IMG/VR virus record: IMGVR_UViG_3300002038_000008
Location: 1 to 64,000 of that record
Reading direction: 5' to 3' (one strand)
Source of the DNA: a virus
DNA: 64,000 bases
Position 1 is the stretch's first letter. Every line of letters begins with the position of its first letter. Made by a program: the position numbers and the translations under genes. A model generated the notes under the pieces. It saw only the letters and a list, made by a program, of their open reading frames with translations. It was not told the DNA's origin and made no database searches. Positions 33,903-45,188 of this stretch are shown here, piece after piece.

Positions 33903-36900
33903 TGACGGACACTCTGCAGTCTCTAGATCTTATATATGGATTGGACTTAAACAGTCCCAGGGCTCGGGCCATGCCGGGGTCTTTGCGTGCGTCTAAGGGG
34001 TACGAGATAGATGCCACCGGAGGATACTCCCTCATGAAGGGAGGAGGGTGGATGACCCTCAGTGGACAGACCGAAGCGAGGTACTTCGAGACCTTTGATG
34101 TTTACTACTATGCTTTTTGTGAACTGACGGGGATCCCCTCGGGTACTACTGTTCTTAGCGATTCCGGGACTACTATTAATATCCTAAAGGAAGACCCGGC
34201 TCTGGCCAAGGAGTTCTTCTTTTCTGGGTACACCGAAGACAACGTGTATGCGTGGGTGGCCATAGAAGGTTTGGGGTTTCAGTTTCTCGATACCAACGAT
34301 ACTTTCACTCTAACTAACCCGGCACAGACACTGACTCCCGTCAGTTGGAGAGCACAAGACATACAGGGTTTTTGGAGAATCGCTGAAGTACGCTCTATTG
34401 AACGAGGACTATTACCGGCTGTAGTAGCTTACTTCTTGGCAGGTCTGGTGGCCGAGTCTTTTGACCGGCCCACTCCGGACACTCCTTTGCAGGAGGCCAA
34501 TAGATCTTTTGTGTCCGGTATCTTTTTCAACGACTATGATGCGTACTACATGGCACCTAACGAGGTTGCCCCTGACGGTAACAGTCCCCACTACCCCAGA
34601 GCGCTCCCAGGAACTTCTGGAGCTAACTCTGCAGACGGGATGCACTCAGCCAAACAAACTGCTGAGATTGCTTTCGATGAGGGAATCCTCCGTCCTATAA
34701 GTAATAGATTGCTAAGTACCATCCTGGAGAACGTCGGAAGTCTGGACGGGTTTCAGAACTTCATTAATGAGACCTCCACAGAGGGGGATGATTTCTACAT
34801 CCCCGGCAATGTAATCTACAAGGAAGTAGGGGGCACCGCCTATTGGGCCACCATCAGTGATGTGTACCAGGCTCCGGGAACTGAGTTTGTAGGAGAGAAC
34901 ATCTCTAATATTCGAGCTGCTTCAATCGAGAACGTAGCAGATATCGGAGCGGAGATCTCCAACACTCAAGTGTTGGACGGAGTAACTCTGGCAACAGGGG
35001 ACTTCGTTTTACTGAAGGATCAAGACGACCTATCAGAGAACGGACTTTATCAGGTGAACGGAGACGGCCTTACCGTTACCCGTTTCCTACTCGTAGATGA
35101 TCAGAGCTTTCGTGGAGACAGCGTGTTTCCTGTGAGGATCTTAGAGGGAGATGATAATGTGGACCGGGTGTTCAAGTTTCTGGCTCCTGTAGACAGATCC
35201 ACTCTGGAGCTAGAAGTAGACGGACTGAACTTTATAGAATTTTTCCCTGCCCAGGGTGTCATCACCGTTTGCGATATATTCTCGGAAACGGGAGGGGTAG
35301 TTACTGAGATCACAGACCAGAGTCTGCTGCCAGTAGATTCGGTCCCTTGGGAAGAAGGACGGGTGGTGTATTTCACCGATGGCAATGGATTTTTGGATTC
35401 TATCCAGCCTGGGGAATTTATTGGGTCTATGGATTCAGGTTTCGGCTCCACAGCGCAGTCAGTTCTTTTGAGAACAGTGCAGCTAGGAGGGAACTTCTTT
35501 TCTGGTACCGCAGTGGGATACATAGTGACCGGCCCCATACAAGGAGTGGTAGGGAACCCCCCGGAGTGGATAAGAGGGGACCTACTAAGAGATGTGTCAG
35601 ATAATGAAGCCGGGACTATCATTAGAGGATCTGACAACGACGATGTCAGGGATGTACTAACTACAACGACCACAAACCTCGCTGTAACCTTACCGAGCTT
35701 CGATGACATCGTGGATGCCGGAACTCGTTATCAGTACGTGGAGCACAATTTCCTAGCACTGGACGCAGACAACCAGCCGAATAGTAATCCTCTTTCTGCG
35801 ACATACTTAGTGAACGGTGTAGGCACCGCTCTTGAGTTTACTAGAACTACAGGAATTACTAGAATTAGAACGGGCTTGCCTTTCGATAAGGACAAGCCTA
35901 CGTACGTTTCTGTGCACGCTAACAGTCTCATTTTGGCTTACCCCGACGGTACCATAAATCTCAGTGTTCCAGGACAGCCCAAGAACTTTAGTGGTGTCCA
36001 AGGAGCGGCCACGTTCGGAGTGGGGCGCACTGTTACCGGATTAGTGAAACTTAATGGGGCCTCCACGGCCATCTTCACAGACGATAGTATCTACATCTTG
36101 CAAGGGACGTCGACACTGGATTATGTGCTGAGACCCTTCTCAGAGAACACGGGATGTTTCCCTTACACCGCTGTGAACATGGGGGAGGTCCTATACTGCA
36201 ACCGCCACGGTATATCTACTCTGCAAGCTTCTGATGTCTACGGGGATTTTAGATCCATCTTAGTATCGGATCGTGTGCGTCCCTACATGGATGTCCGTCT
36301 AGACAGAAACACCAGTAGCCTGGAGTCCGAGGCCGGAGGTGGAGGCTCCAGCAGGATATTTAGTCCTACAGCCCCATTGCTGGCCTATGCATTTCCCTCT
36401 AAGAATCAATACCGCCTCGTCTTCAATGACGGCTCCGTGTTGATTACCACACTACAAGACTATACGAGCTCCGGTCCTAAGTTCATGACAGACTGTCTGG
36501 AGAAGAGGCCCACAGAGAACTCGGATTTACTACTTAATCACATAGTAGTAGTACAAGATCAAAACAGGTTGGGACAGGATGTGGTCCTTCAATCGATCTC
36601 GGCAGGGGAGAACAACGACAACTACGGGATACGAAGGCTGGAGTTCATTGCCCCTCTGAAGAGGGACACCACGGCCTGGATAGTCATAGGCCCTTACTAC
36701 GGAGAGAACTTCGTAACTGAAGAGCAAACTGACAACTTTGCCTTGCTGGCCGAAGGCAGTCACTTACCTCTGGGAGTTACTATCTCTAATGACGAGACAG
36801 TTAACGTCTACCCTGACTCAGAAGAGTATGACCAAGAGGGACAATTCGGATCTTTGGTTGCTCCGTTCGGTCCGGGATTTTACGTAGATCCCCGAGTGCA

Positions 36901-37039
36901 CATCGCACATCGCTCAGATTCGGGGAAGTATTTACTAATAGGATTATCAGCAGACCAGAACGAGTACGACGTGTACTTGCCTCACCGTCTGCAACAAGTG
37001 ATCTCGGTAGATCAGAACCGCAGATTCACCAGAACATAA
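33902..37039 (+). CDS. large tail (nozzle / tail tubular B-position) protein (1045 aa)
   Basis: Size and position; TAATG overlap with upstream gene. Confidence 0.4.
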   Translation: MTDTLQSLDLIYGLDLNSPRARAMPGSLRASKGYEIDATGGYSLMKGGGWMTLSGQTEARYFETFDVYYYAFCELTGIPSGTTVLSDSGTTINILKEDPALAKEFFFSGYTEDNVYAWVAIEGLGFQFLDTNDTFTLTNPAQTLTPVSWRAQDIQGFWRIAEVRSIERGLLPAVVAYFLAGLVAESFDRPTPDTPLQEANRSFVSGIFFNDYDAYYMAPNEVAPDGNSPHYPRALPGTSGANSADGMHSAKQTAEIAFDEGILRPISNRLLSTILENVGSLDGFQNFINETSTEGDDFYIPGNVIYKEVGGTAYWATISDVYQAPGTEFVGENISNIRAASIENVADIGAEISNTQVLDGVTLATGDFVLLKDQDDLSENGLYQVNGDGLTVTRFLLVDDQSFRGDSVFPVRILEGDDNVDRVFKFLAPVDRSTLELEVDGLNFIEFFPAQGVITVCDIFSETGGVVTEITDQSLLPVDSVPWEEGRVVYFTDGNGFLDSIQPGEFIGSMDSGFGSTAQSVLLRTVQLGGNFFSGTAVGYIVTGPIQGVVGNPPEWIRGDLLRDVSDNEAGTIIRGSDNDDVRDVLTTTTTNLAVTLPSFDDIVDAGTRYQYVEHNFLALDADNQPNSNPLSATYLVNGVGTALEFTRTTGITRIRTGLPFDKDKPTYVSVHANSLILAYPDGTINLSVPGQPKNFSGVQGAATFGVGRTVTGLVKLNGASTAIFTDDSIYILQGTSTLDYVLRPFSENTGCFPYTAVNMGEVLYCNRHGISTLQASDVYGDFRSILVSDRVRPYMDVRLDRNTSSLESEAGGGGSSRIFSPTAPLLAYAFPSKNQYRLVFNDGSVLITTLQDYTSSGPKFMTDCLEKRPTENSDLLLNHIVVVQDQNRLGQDVVLQSISAGENNDNYGIRRLEFIAPLKRDTTAWIVIGPYYGENFVTEEQTDNFALLAEGSHLPLGVTISNDETVNVYPDSEEYDQEGQFGSLVAPFGPGFYVDPRVHIAHRSDSGKYLLIGLSADQNEYDVYLPHRLQQVISVDQNRRFTRT

Positions 37040-37049
37040 GAGACTATAT

Positions 37050-37964
37050 ATGGCTTTATTTGATACAATACCTACGGGAGTATCTCAGGCTCCCAACGAG
37101 GCGTTTGTAAGAAAGACCCAATCTAATGAGCTGACCTCCACCAATTTGAATAACATTCTTGCACAAGGAGGGGACTACATTCAGAATGCCCAGTCCCGAG
37201 GTCAGGAGGTGGCAGCAGGACGGGGGTTGCTCAACTCCAGTATTGCTTCGGGAGCCGCAGAGAGAGCGGCCATAGAAGCCGCTGCTCCGATTGCAGCTCA
37301 AGATGCATCGGCGTACCGCTCAGCTGCCAGTGAGAATCTAAACTACCTCAACCAGCGTGACATCGTAAACCAGCAGGATGAGCTCAGTCGCTTTCAGATA
37401 GAGACGGACGACGCAACACGCCGTTACGGCATCGATACGCAAGATGCCACGAACAGGTACGGCATAGACATAGGAGCAGAGACAGCTCGCTACCAGGCCG
37501 ATGCCTCGGCCAATGCTACTCTCGGGGCGGCCAGTATCTCAGCTAACGCAGCCCGCTCTAACTTGCAAGCCCAACTGGCACACAATAGCCAACAAGCAGA
37601 CCTGGAAAGGATGCACGGCATCACGATGCGCAACTTGGCCTTCGATCAGAACCTGGCAGCAATGGCAGCCAGTCACGATCTGGACCTCGATCAGTTGGCC
37701 GCTCGGTCTTTCTATGACATCCAGCAAATGGCAGCTCTGGACAACCTGGCCGTACGAGACCAGGGTATGAGCTTTGTGATGGGTGCCTACAATAACTATA
37801 CTGGAATGGTACAGAACGCCCTGACCGGTGACTTCGATGCAGCGGCCATGAGCCGACTACTACAGACGGCAGGTAACTACTTGGACGGCAGCATCACGTT
37901 CGGCGGAGAGTTGTTCTCTAGCTTTCCTCCTTTCGATTTCGAATTCCAAAATTACGGAGGTTAA
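37050..37964 (+). CDS. internal virion (ejection) protein-like, Q/A/N-rich (304 aa)
   Basis: Composition, short internal repeat DATRRYGIDTQDATNRYGIDIGAETARY, and position. Confidence 0.4.
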   Translation: MALFDTIPTGVSQAPNEAFVRKTQSNELTSTNLNNILAQGGDYIQNAQSRGQEVAAGRGLLNSSIASGAAERAAIEAAAPIAAQDASAYRSAASENLNYLNQRDIVNQQDELSRFQIETDDATRRYGIDTQDATNRYGIDIGAETARYQADASANATLGAASISANAARSNLQAQLAHNSQQADLERMHGITMRNLAFDQNLAAMAASHDLDLDQLAARSFYDIQQMAALDNLAVRDQGMSFVMGAYNNYTGMVQNALTGDFDAAAMSRLLQTAGNYLDGSITFGGELFSSFPPFDFEFQNYGG

Positions 37965-37965
37965 T

Positions 37966-38457
37966 ATGAAGTGTGGAAAAGAACCAGTCGGTATGTTTTG
38001 GAACATCGTAGCCGGAGTGGCCGGAGGACTACTCTCTAGCAGGAACTCTCGTAAGCAGCAACAGAACAGCTTACAAAACACCAGGGAACAGAACCGAGGT
38101 GCCCTGGAGAGACAGAGAGAGCAACAAGCATTCGAGGAGCGTTTGATCAACCGAAGGAACGTAGCCGGTGGACCGGCGTACGGAGGGGACGCAGGACCTG
38201 TGCCTGATTTCTGGTTCGGTCTCAAGGACCAAGCCGAGGGCAGCAAGATCTCTAGCTTCTTCCAGGACATGAATAAGACACGTAAGGCACCGGAAGCACC
38301 GGCAGGTGCTGGCCAAGTGGATCTTTCCAAGTACCAGAGGATGGGACGAGGGGATGCTCGTACGCCACTGACGTATGATGCTGTTGCACAAGACACCCGG
38401 TCTCAGGATACGCAAAGCCTGCTCAACATCTTTAATCGAGGTAATGGCGGTGGATAA
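37966..38457 (+). CDS. hypothetical virion-module protein (163 aa)
   Basis: ORF track. Confidence 0.45.
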   Translation: MKCGKEPVGMFWNIVAGVAGGLLSSRNSRKQQQNSLQNTREQNRGALERQREQQAFEERLINRRNVAGGPAYGGDAGPVPDFWFGLKDQAEGSKISSFFQDMNKTRKAPEAPAGAGQVDLSKYQRMGRGDARTPLTYDAVAQDTRSQDTQSLLNIFNRGNGGG

Positions 38458-39076
38458 TATAAAGCTACTAAGAACTAAGGCCACGGAGGAATACCGTGCT
38501 GACATGGCCACGGCAGTGAACAAGTTCATGACTCAGAAGAATGCCATGAATGGTCTCCTGAGCAAGATGTCCAGTACGGATATGCCCATGGCCCAAGAGA
38601 TCGGGCGCAACGCAGTCATGATTAGCTCTCGGGCTCTGGAGCAGGCCAAGGAACAAGGAGTTGATATGCCTGCCTCGGCTGCTTGGTCTATCCCTGCAGA
38701 TCAGAAAGATGTTGGCGGGGCAGTGGCCACGGCTATCAACAACCAGATTGCAATGGGTAAAGCAGCAGGTCTCATCTCTGATGAGGACGAATCTCAGCTC
38801 ATCCAGGAGTCTTTTATGTACTCTGTAATGGAGGGCCAAAGGGACCCTAATTTAGCCGAAGGAGCAGGCGCTCTGGCCGAGAAGATGAACGAGCAAGGTG
38901 CTGATCCTGTGAAGGACGGAGGTGCCAGGGGCATTCTAAAAGAGCTAGAGTCTGATCCCAAGGGGATACTGGCCCTTAATGGTGTAACGGGCTCTCAGGC
39001 CGGGGATACTATGAGTGGCTCTCTCCCTGAGGGAGGAGCATCGGGCTTGCTAGACCAGTTGATGGGAGGGCGGTAA
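38444..39076 (+). CDS. hypothetical virion-module protein (~210 aa)
   Basis: ATG 38444 (MAVDNIKLL...) with GAGG 3 nt upstream; the track start 38375 would overlap the upstream gene by 83 nt. Confidence 0.45.
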   Translation: MAVDNIKLLRTKATEEYRADMATAVNKFMTQKNAMNGLLSKMSSTDMPMAQEIGRNAVMISSRALEQAKEQGVDMPASAAWSIPADQKDVGGAVATAINNQIAMGKAAGLISDEDESQLIQESFMYSVMEGQRDPNLAEGAGALAEKMNEQGADPVKDGGARGILKELESDPKGILALNGVTGSQAGDTMSGSLPEGGASGLLDQLMGGR

Positions 39077-39831
39077 TGAGCTTCAATTCAGATGACCTGA
39101 TTGCAGGATTGTTGGGAGGCTTCGGAGCATACGCTAATCAAAAGGCCGATGACCAGGAGAGAACTCGCAGGGAAAAGGAAGAGGAAGAACGTTACCAGAG
39201 AGATCAGGAACGTCGCCGAGCAGAGCGTCAAGAAGACGCTGACTTCAAACTTAAGTTGCTGCAGGACCCGGCAAGGAAGGCTATCCGTAAAGAGGAGCAA
39301 GACGCAGAGACAGCGTCCCGCCTGGAACTGGAAAGAGAACTACAAGGCATAAAAGCTGAGTTCAAGCGACAAGGCCGCGCCGAGGAAAGACAAGAAGAGG
39401 ACGAGCGTTACCCGCTCTTGCGCCAGCGTCGCCAGGAGGGGTTGGCAGACTCTGCTCGATATCGAGGACAGCCCCAGTCTCGCAGACGGGCTCCGGCACC
39501 GAAGGGTCCTAGTACCCGTATGGTGAAGGCCCGTGTAGACCAAGCAAATAACTCTGCTGCTTTCGTCGACGACCCTGAGAGACAGGCTAAGCACGGTCCT
39601 GGAATTTTACAAGCCGCAGAGAACTCTTCAAGTGACACAGATTTCCAGCGCCGAGTGGCCGCAGAGAGATTACGAGGACGGCCCATTCCGGCTCCTAAGC
39701 AAGGATCTCAGAAACCTGAGATTTCTCCGGCTCACATCGAGATGCTCAAGGGCAATCCCTCTCCTGAACGTCAGGCACAATTCGACGAGATTTATGGAGA
39801 AGGCGCAGCTCGGTCAGTGTTGAATGGCTAA
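39076..39831 (+). CDS. hypothetical Arg/Glu-rich virion-module protein (251 aa)
   Basis: ORF track; TAATG overlap. Confidence 0.45.
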   Translation: MSFNSDDLIAGLLGGFGAYANQKADDQERTRREKEEEERYQRDQERRRAERQEDADFKLKLLQDPARKAIRKEEQDAETASRLELERELQGIKAEFKRQGRAEERQEEDERYPLLRQRRQEGLADSARYRGQPQSRRRAPAPKGPSTRMVKARVDQANNSAAFVDDPERQAKHGPGILQAAENSSSDTDFQRRVAAERLRGRPIPAPKQGSQKPEISPAHIEMLKGNPSPERQAQFDEIYGEGAARSVLNG

Positions 39832-42800
39832 CCCTTTCTCAAGTTCCTCGAATCCTTTTGGGCAAGGCACCAATCCTTTTTTGGAAGAAGCTGAGGACCA
39901 CACTTCTGAGCAGCCTCTGAGTCTTATGGATCGGCTGTCTCATCACGGGGGACAGTTCATATCTGGCATCCTGGATGTCGGAGGCAAGGCCGTGAGTGGC
40001 ACGGCTAACCTGGCAGTGGAGGGGGCCGAGAACCTTTCTAACTTGTCAGGCACTATTGCGGAAAAGTTCGGAGCCGATACCCAAGAGGACGTAGATTACA
40101 GAGTAGAGGATTCTCCTCTGTCCCTGATCAACGATGCCGGTAAGGCAATCAGTGGTGCCGGTGCAGCTGTGTCAGAAGAGCTCTCTGAGGAGAGTCTGAA
40201 AGGAACTCTGGGATCGGACCTGTCTTCTGGGGCAGGACAGCTGGTGGGCCTACTGGCCACGGGAGGTATTGCCAAGAAAGGAGCCAAGAAGCTCCTCGGC
40301 AAAACGGACGAGGCGGCTAATGCTCTGGCCGGAGGTACCGCTTTGGGAGTGGGTGCTACGTCCCAAGCTCAGAGTATGTACGAGCAAGCCATAGAAAAGG
40401 GCGCATCTAAAGATGACGCCGAGAACATGTTGTTTGCAGGAGCGGCCATAGGCAGTTTAGATGCCTTGCTGCCGGACGAAGTATTCAGAGCGGCTTCAGC
40501 AGTCCGTCCTTCTTTTGCCAAGAAGTTGAAAGAGGTTGCTGGAGCAGCGGCCCTGGAGGGAGGCACTGAAGTTATCCAAGGTACGGCCTCTAAGATAGCC
40601 CTCAACGAAGTGGTGGATCCTTCGGAGGTGCAAGAACTAATTGATTCTGGTACTATACGAGAAGGCCAGGTAGGAGCCATACTCGGAGCAGTAGTGCGTG
40701 CTGCTGTGCCGGGAAAGAAAGTAACCTTCAATCCAGAGGAACAAGCATTTAATGTCGAGAGTGAGACGTCGTCTGAAGCACAACAAGAATCTGCCGAAGT
40801 TCCCGGAGTACGGGAGCCGGAGTCACAAGAACAGCCGGTGCTGGATGAAACGTTTACAGCAGCGTACGAGTCATTGGACTCTGTACCTCAGGGAGAACAG
40901 ACCCCGGCAGACGAGACCACACTCGATCCAACAGAAACACCGCCACTCGAAGAAGCTAGCCCAATACTTCCGTCTGAAGAGAGCGGGAGTACAACGCCCT
41001 CTTTCGAGGAGTCTTTCACCGAGCTAGAGAAAGTAGAGCAACTACAAGCACGGGCCTTGGAAGTTCGAGAGGAACGTGCTGCCGAGAAGGTTATAAAGTC
41101 TGATAGACAGCTCCGCGTAGAACAAGCGAAACAACAAAGGAAAGAGAACTCTGAAGTTGCTGAGGCTGCCATAGCAGAAAGAAACCTCACTCCGAAGATG
41201 AACAAAGTACGCAAGGTATTCAATCGCTACTTCACTTCAGAGAAAGGAGCCGGTGCTTTCAGTTCTTCAGATTCGAAGTTCCAGTCTGAGCGCTCACCCC
41301 TGGCCACGAAGCAACAAGAATTCAAAGGCCAGGTGGCCTCTTCCCAGGTGGACTTCTCTATCACAAAGAGAGAACTCGATTCCCTGGTGAACCACGGGGC
41401 CGTAGAATATAATTCTAAGGATCGTGAGGCCATGGTGCAGTTCATGGAGAACAGCGGCACCTTGCCTGAGAACGTCAAGGCAAACCAGCCTCTGGCAAAG
41501 CTACTGGAAGAGAAGAAGGGTATCATTGATACTCAGGACAAGATCCTGAGGGCCAAAGGAATTATCCCGGAACAATCCGGAGATCCCCAAGGTGATATTG
41601 TAGGTGCTCTGGATGAAGACACCAGAGTGGGGTACGTACACCGAGAGTACGAGATGTTCGCTGCTCCCGGAGACGCCAAGCGTTGGGTGGAGCACGTCAA
41701 GGCCACACGTCCAGAGGTGTACCAGGAACTAAAGGACTGGCAACAGACTGAGGACGGAAGTGATTACTTAGGCTCTGCGGACCAGGAGAACTGGTCTCTG
41801 GATGGAGCCCTAGTAGAGCTGGCTTCACGTTCTAAATCTTGGGGCCAAGGTGGTTCTGGATCTCTCCTCAGAGAGGACACCTCGGCAACTAAGAAGCGTA
41901 AGAGCATTCCGGCCCCAGTAAGAAGGTTCTGGGGAGAGGTACGAGATCCTGTCCAGGCCATTGCTCAAACAGAGGCCGCTCAGTCGCAACTACTTCTGCA
42001 GCGCAAGTTCCAGGAAGACCTGGTGCAAAGTGTCGTCGAGTCAGGAGAGGCCGGTTACGGTACTAACAAGGCCGAGCAACAATGGGTCAAGCTCAAGGAT
42101 AATGCCCCTGAGACTCATCCGTTCAAGGACCTGTACGTATCTCCGGACCTCTACAGAGTGCTCAAAGATCCTGACGGACGAGCGGAGGCCGGTGCGGATG
42201 CGACAGATGACTCAACCTTGACAGACACTAAGTTCGGGGCCTTTAATCAGGCCGTGGACGGAGGCAGCCTCCTGGGTACCATTAATACCTTGGGCAAAGC
42301 CAACTTGGTTATTTATAACCCCGGTTCCCATGCCAAGAACGCGGCATCAGTAGTCTTTCTATCTGCGGCCAACGGTACTCGGGCAAGAGATATTCTCTCG
42401 GCCACTAAGCTATCTGGATTAGTAGCTCGTCACCGCGACTCGATTGCTAACCCGGCCAAGGCCAGAGAGTCAGGGAAGGATCAGTTCTCTGAACAAGAGC
42501 TCCAACAAGTCCGTGAAGTGTTAGAGGCTAACCTGATTGACGAGTCAGTACTCGGAGAGGAGTCCTTACAGAACTTCAGGAGGGTGGTAGGGGAAAGTAT
42601 GAACACCGATCCCTCCGCTACACAAAAGACCGTAGAGGGCTACAAGAAAGTTACTGAGAAGATCGGAGCGGCATTCCAACGTCCCGATTCTATCGGGCGT
42701 ATCGCTGCGTACTTGACCAATAAGAACGTACTGGAACGTTCCAAGTTCGGATCGGATATCCAAGACCCGGTAGAGCGGCAGCAGGCCATTAATAGAGAGG

Positions 42801-43966
42801 CCGCGATGCGTGCCCGGAACACCTACCCTACTTACAGTAACGTACCCTTGTCAGTATCCCAGTTGTCGAACAAGCCCGTGGGGGCGTTTTTCTCCTGGAC
42901 GATGGAGTCAGCTCGTACGTATATACAGAACTACCGTATTGCCGCCACTGATATGGCGTCTGGGGACAAGGCTCTGGTTGCTCACGGAGCCAAGAGGATG
43001 GCCATGAATGCCCTGGTTCCTACGACGCTTGCCGCTGTCACTGCCAGTGCTTTCCAAGACATGGTTAACGAGTTGGGATTCGGTGCGGATGAGGGCGAGT
43101 ACGACGAAGAAGAGGCCAAGAAGCTTCGGGCTCCTTGGATGCTGGATCACCAGGTCGTGCACTTCAAAGATGAAAAGGGAGATATCCGAGAGATAGACGT
43201 GACCAGCACGCTACCTTTCGCCATCCAAGAGGTCCTCATCAAAGCAGCCTCAGATCTACTGTCTGATGGGGCCACGGACGAAGAACTAGATGAGACCCTG
43301 ACAAACATCTATAACGAGTTCGGCAGTTCTGTACTGGGAGAGAACATCGGGTTCTCTGCCGTAAAAGCCGGACAGTCCCTGTTCACTGCGGGTATAGAGT
43401 CAGCAGCCGGGAATAGTGCGGAGGCAGAGACTCAAGCGAAGCAAGCCGCCAAGGACCTCAAGAGATTCTTGCCCGGAGTCTTAAGGACCCTGGGGGACTT
43501 TAAGGAGGGTGACATCGTCAAGGGCATGACCCGAGCTCTGGGAGCCACGGCTCAGAAGAGAGACCTGGGAACTCAGGCTTTCTTCAAGACGAAAGAGTTT
43601 AATCAGCACCGTAACAATAACAGAAAGGATGTGCTGGAGAAGCTCGACGTGGCCACCACGGACGAGGAACTGACCAAGGTACTGGAAGATTACTACCGGG
43701 CCGAACTAAGTTTCCAAGAAGATCACCGAGAAGTTGGAGTTGCTCTCACGCGCCAAGGTATGAGTGGCAAAGAGGCCACTGAGAGGATGGGCAAGATGAC
43801 ATCCCGCATTCCCGGAATAGGGAAGACAGCTTCGGGCAAGATCCTAAGGGGGTCCCCGGTGATAAAGGACCTCAACATAGACTACAAAGACTGGACCCCG
43901 CAGAAGAAAAGAAAGGTCGCAAAGATTACGGCCCAGATTAGAAGAGAGGCACGAAGAAATAAATGA
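39824..43966 (+). CDS. giant internal virion / ejection protein (1380 aa, T7 gp16-position)
   Basis: Size and position; no lysozyme motif recognised by eye. Confidence 0.5.
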   Translation: MANPFSSSSNPFGQGTNPFLEEAEDHTSEQPLSLMDRLSHHGGQFISGILDVGGKAVSGTANLAVEGAENLSNLSGTIAEKFGADTQEDVDYRVEDSPLSLINDAGKAISGAGAAVSEELSEESLKGTLGSDLSSGAGQLVGLLATGGIAKKGAKKLLGKTDEAANALAGGTALGVGATSQAQSMYEQAIEKGASKDDAENMLFAGAAIGSLDALLPDEVFRAASAVRPSFAKKLKEVAGAAALEGGTEVIQGTASKIALNEVVDPSEVQELIDSGTIREGQVGAILGAVVRAAVPGKKVTFNPEEQAFNVESETSSEAQQESAEVPGVREPESQEQPVLDETFTAAYESLDSVPQGEQTPADETTLDPTETPPLEEASPILPSEESGSTTPSFEESFTELEKVEQLQARALEVREERAAEKVIKSDRQLRVEQAKQQRKENSEVAEAAIAERNLTPKMNKVRKVFNRYFTSEKGAGAFSSSDSKFQSERSPLATKQQEFKGQVASSQVDFSITKRELDSLVNHGAVEYNSKDREAMVQFMENSGTLPENVKANQPLAKLLEEKKGIIDTQDKILRAKGIIPEQSGDPQGDIVGALDEDTRVGYVHREYEMFAAPGDAKRWVEHVKATRPEVYQELKDWQQTEDGSDYLGSADQENWSLDGALVELASRSKSWGQGGSGSLLREDTSATKKRKSIPAPVRRFWGEVRDPVQAIAQTEAAQSQLLLQRKFQEDLVQSVVESGEAGYGTNKAEQQWVKLKDNAPETHPFKDLYVSPDLYRVLKDPDGRAEAGADATDDSTLTDTKFGAFNQAVDGGSLLGTINTLGKANLVIYNPGSHAKNAASVVFLSAANGTRARDILSATKLSGLVARHRDSIANPAKARESGKDQFSEQELQQVREVLEANLIDESVLGEESLQNFRRVVGESMNTDPSATQKTVEGYKKVTEKIGAAFQRPDSIGRIAAYLTNKNVLERSKFGSDIQDPVERQQAINREAAMRARNTYPTYSNVPLSVSQLSNKPVGAFFSWTMESARTYIQNYRIAATDMASGDKALVAHGAKRMAMNALVPTTLAAVTASAFQDMVNELGFGADEGEYDEEEAKKLRAPWMLDHQVVHFKDEKGDIREIDVTSTLPFAIQEVLIKAASDLLSDGATDEELDETLTNIYNEFGSSVLGENIGFSAVKAGQSLFTAGIESAAGNSAEAETQAKQAAKDLKRFLPGVLRTLGDFKEGDIVKGMTRALGATAQKRDLGTQAFFKTKEFNQHRNNNRKDVLEKLDVATTDEELTKVLEDYYRAELSFQEDHREVGVALTRQGMSGKEATERMGKMTSRIPGIGKTASGKILRGSPVIKDLNIDYKDWTPQKKRKVAKITAQIRREARRNK

Positions 43967-44874
43967 CTACTCTATTTGAAAGAGCCCGAGGAATGGTAGG
44001 CCTGACACAACAAGGAGCTCAGAGCTCCAACTCTCAGCCTGCATCAGGGTCCCAGAGGCCCACGGTTCGTCAGGGATCTACGACGTTCGGTCTAGGGAGC
44101 CTGTTCCAGAGGAACAACGTAGCTCTCAATGCCGCTCCTATCGCTCGTCAGCAGCGCACAGAAGGCCCCACGGCAGTAGTCATCCCTGATCCGGTACCTG
44201 AAGAGCCTGCCCCGGAGATCTCTGCTCCTGAGCCAGTAGAGCCGGTTGAGCCCCCTCCTGGTCCTCCTGCTAACTCGGCACCTTTGGCCAGACCAGAAAG
44301 AGATCCGAGGTATAATTACCACGACCCCCGAGGGGTGCCCCGTACTGGAGTCTATCTGGCCCGAGGGAACGCACACGCCTTAGGAGTCAGCACCCCGGCC
44401 AACCCTCCGAGTCCTGTTGCTACAGGACGTCCGGAGATACCGGGAGGCCAAGAGGTGGCGGTAAATCCGGTGATCGAGGATCGAGCCCCGACAAGTGGGA
44501 GACCTACAGGAGTAGGACAGAGTGCCCCGGCACCCGTAACCACAACCGTAGCTCCAACCGGAGGCATGCCCGAGGGATTCTCGGGAGGGGACCAGATTTG
44601 GCAACAAGGTGTGGAGTCTCTGACGGAGCCCCTACCCACCCTCAGCATCTTCGGAGAGGGTCCGGTATCCCCTGACAGAGTACAGACTACAGCAGCCAAT
44701 CTGAGGACGTACATAGGGCAGTATAACTGGCCCCAGGAACTTAAGTCCCAGCTCTTGCGAAGGATCGATGACATGGAATCGGGAATGATGGCAGAGTTGC
44801 TACAACGTAACTCTGCTCCCGAGCCGGGCTTGGATCCCGCCTTACCAATTAGGAACGTACCCAATGAGTTTTGA
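43963..44874 (+). CDS. Pro-rich, low-complexity protein (303 aa)
   Basis: ORF track; PVPEEPAPEISAPEPVEPVEPPPGPP; ATGA overlap. Confidence 0.45.
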   Translation: MTTLFERARGMVGLTQQGAQSSNSQPASGSQRPTVRQGSTTFGLGSLFQRNNVALNAAPIARQQRTEGPTAVVIPDPVPEEPAPEISAPEPVEPVEPPPGPPANSAPLARPERDPRYNYHDPRGVPRTGVYLARGNAHALGVSTPANPPSPVATGRPEIPGGQEVAVNPVIEDRAPTSGRPTGVGQSAPAPVTTTVAPTGGMPEGFSGGDQIWQQGVESLTEPLPTLSIFGEGPVSPDRVQTTAANLRTYIGQYNWPQELKSQLLRRIDDMESGMMAELLQRNSAPEPGLDPALPIRNVPNEF

Positions 44875-45184
44875 TTTCATACAATTCTGGAAAGAGATTA
44901 ATAAGCCTCAGCAACCTAAGGCACCTGGGGTCCCTGAGAAACCGACGCCTCCCGTGGCATCCGCTCCGGCTCCGCAGACTCAAACATCAGCGCCTGTGCC
45001 ACAACAAGGTAGTAGTCGACAGCACGAGATGATGGATTACCTGAGCAAGTCCCAGGATAAATACTACGGTCCCGGAGGCAAGTATGCTCCGAACCAACAA
45101 CAGGCAGAGAACCAATCGGCCCCTACAGTGGCCGGTGGGGGAGCTCAATCCCTGGAGATGTTCTCCCACTTGAAGAGGCACTAA
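44864..45184 (+). CDS. Gln/Pro-rich hypothetical protein (106 aa)
   Basis: ORF track. Confidence 0.45.
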   Translation: MSFDFIQFWKEINKPQQPKAPGVPEKPTPPVASAPAPQTQTSAPVPQQGSSRQHEMMDYLSKSQDKYYGPGGKYAPNQQQAENQSAPTVAGGGAQSLEMFSHLKRH

Positions 45185-45188
45185 TAAG

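Noticed and set aside
35101-35709. 202-aa antisense ORF inside the 1045-aa tail gene. Comparable long antisense ORFs occur at 37860..38529, 40369..40731, 44352..44864 and 31380..31745
   Set aside because: All lie inside long, well-supported sense genes of the rightward arm and have Ser/Pro/Thr/Gly-rich products. These are shadow ORFs.
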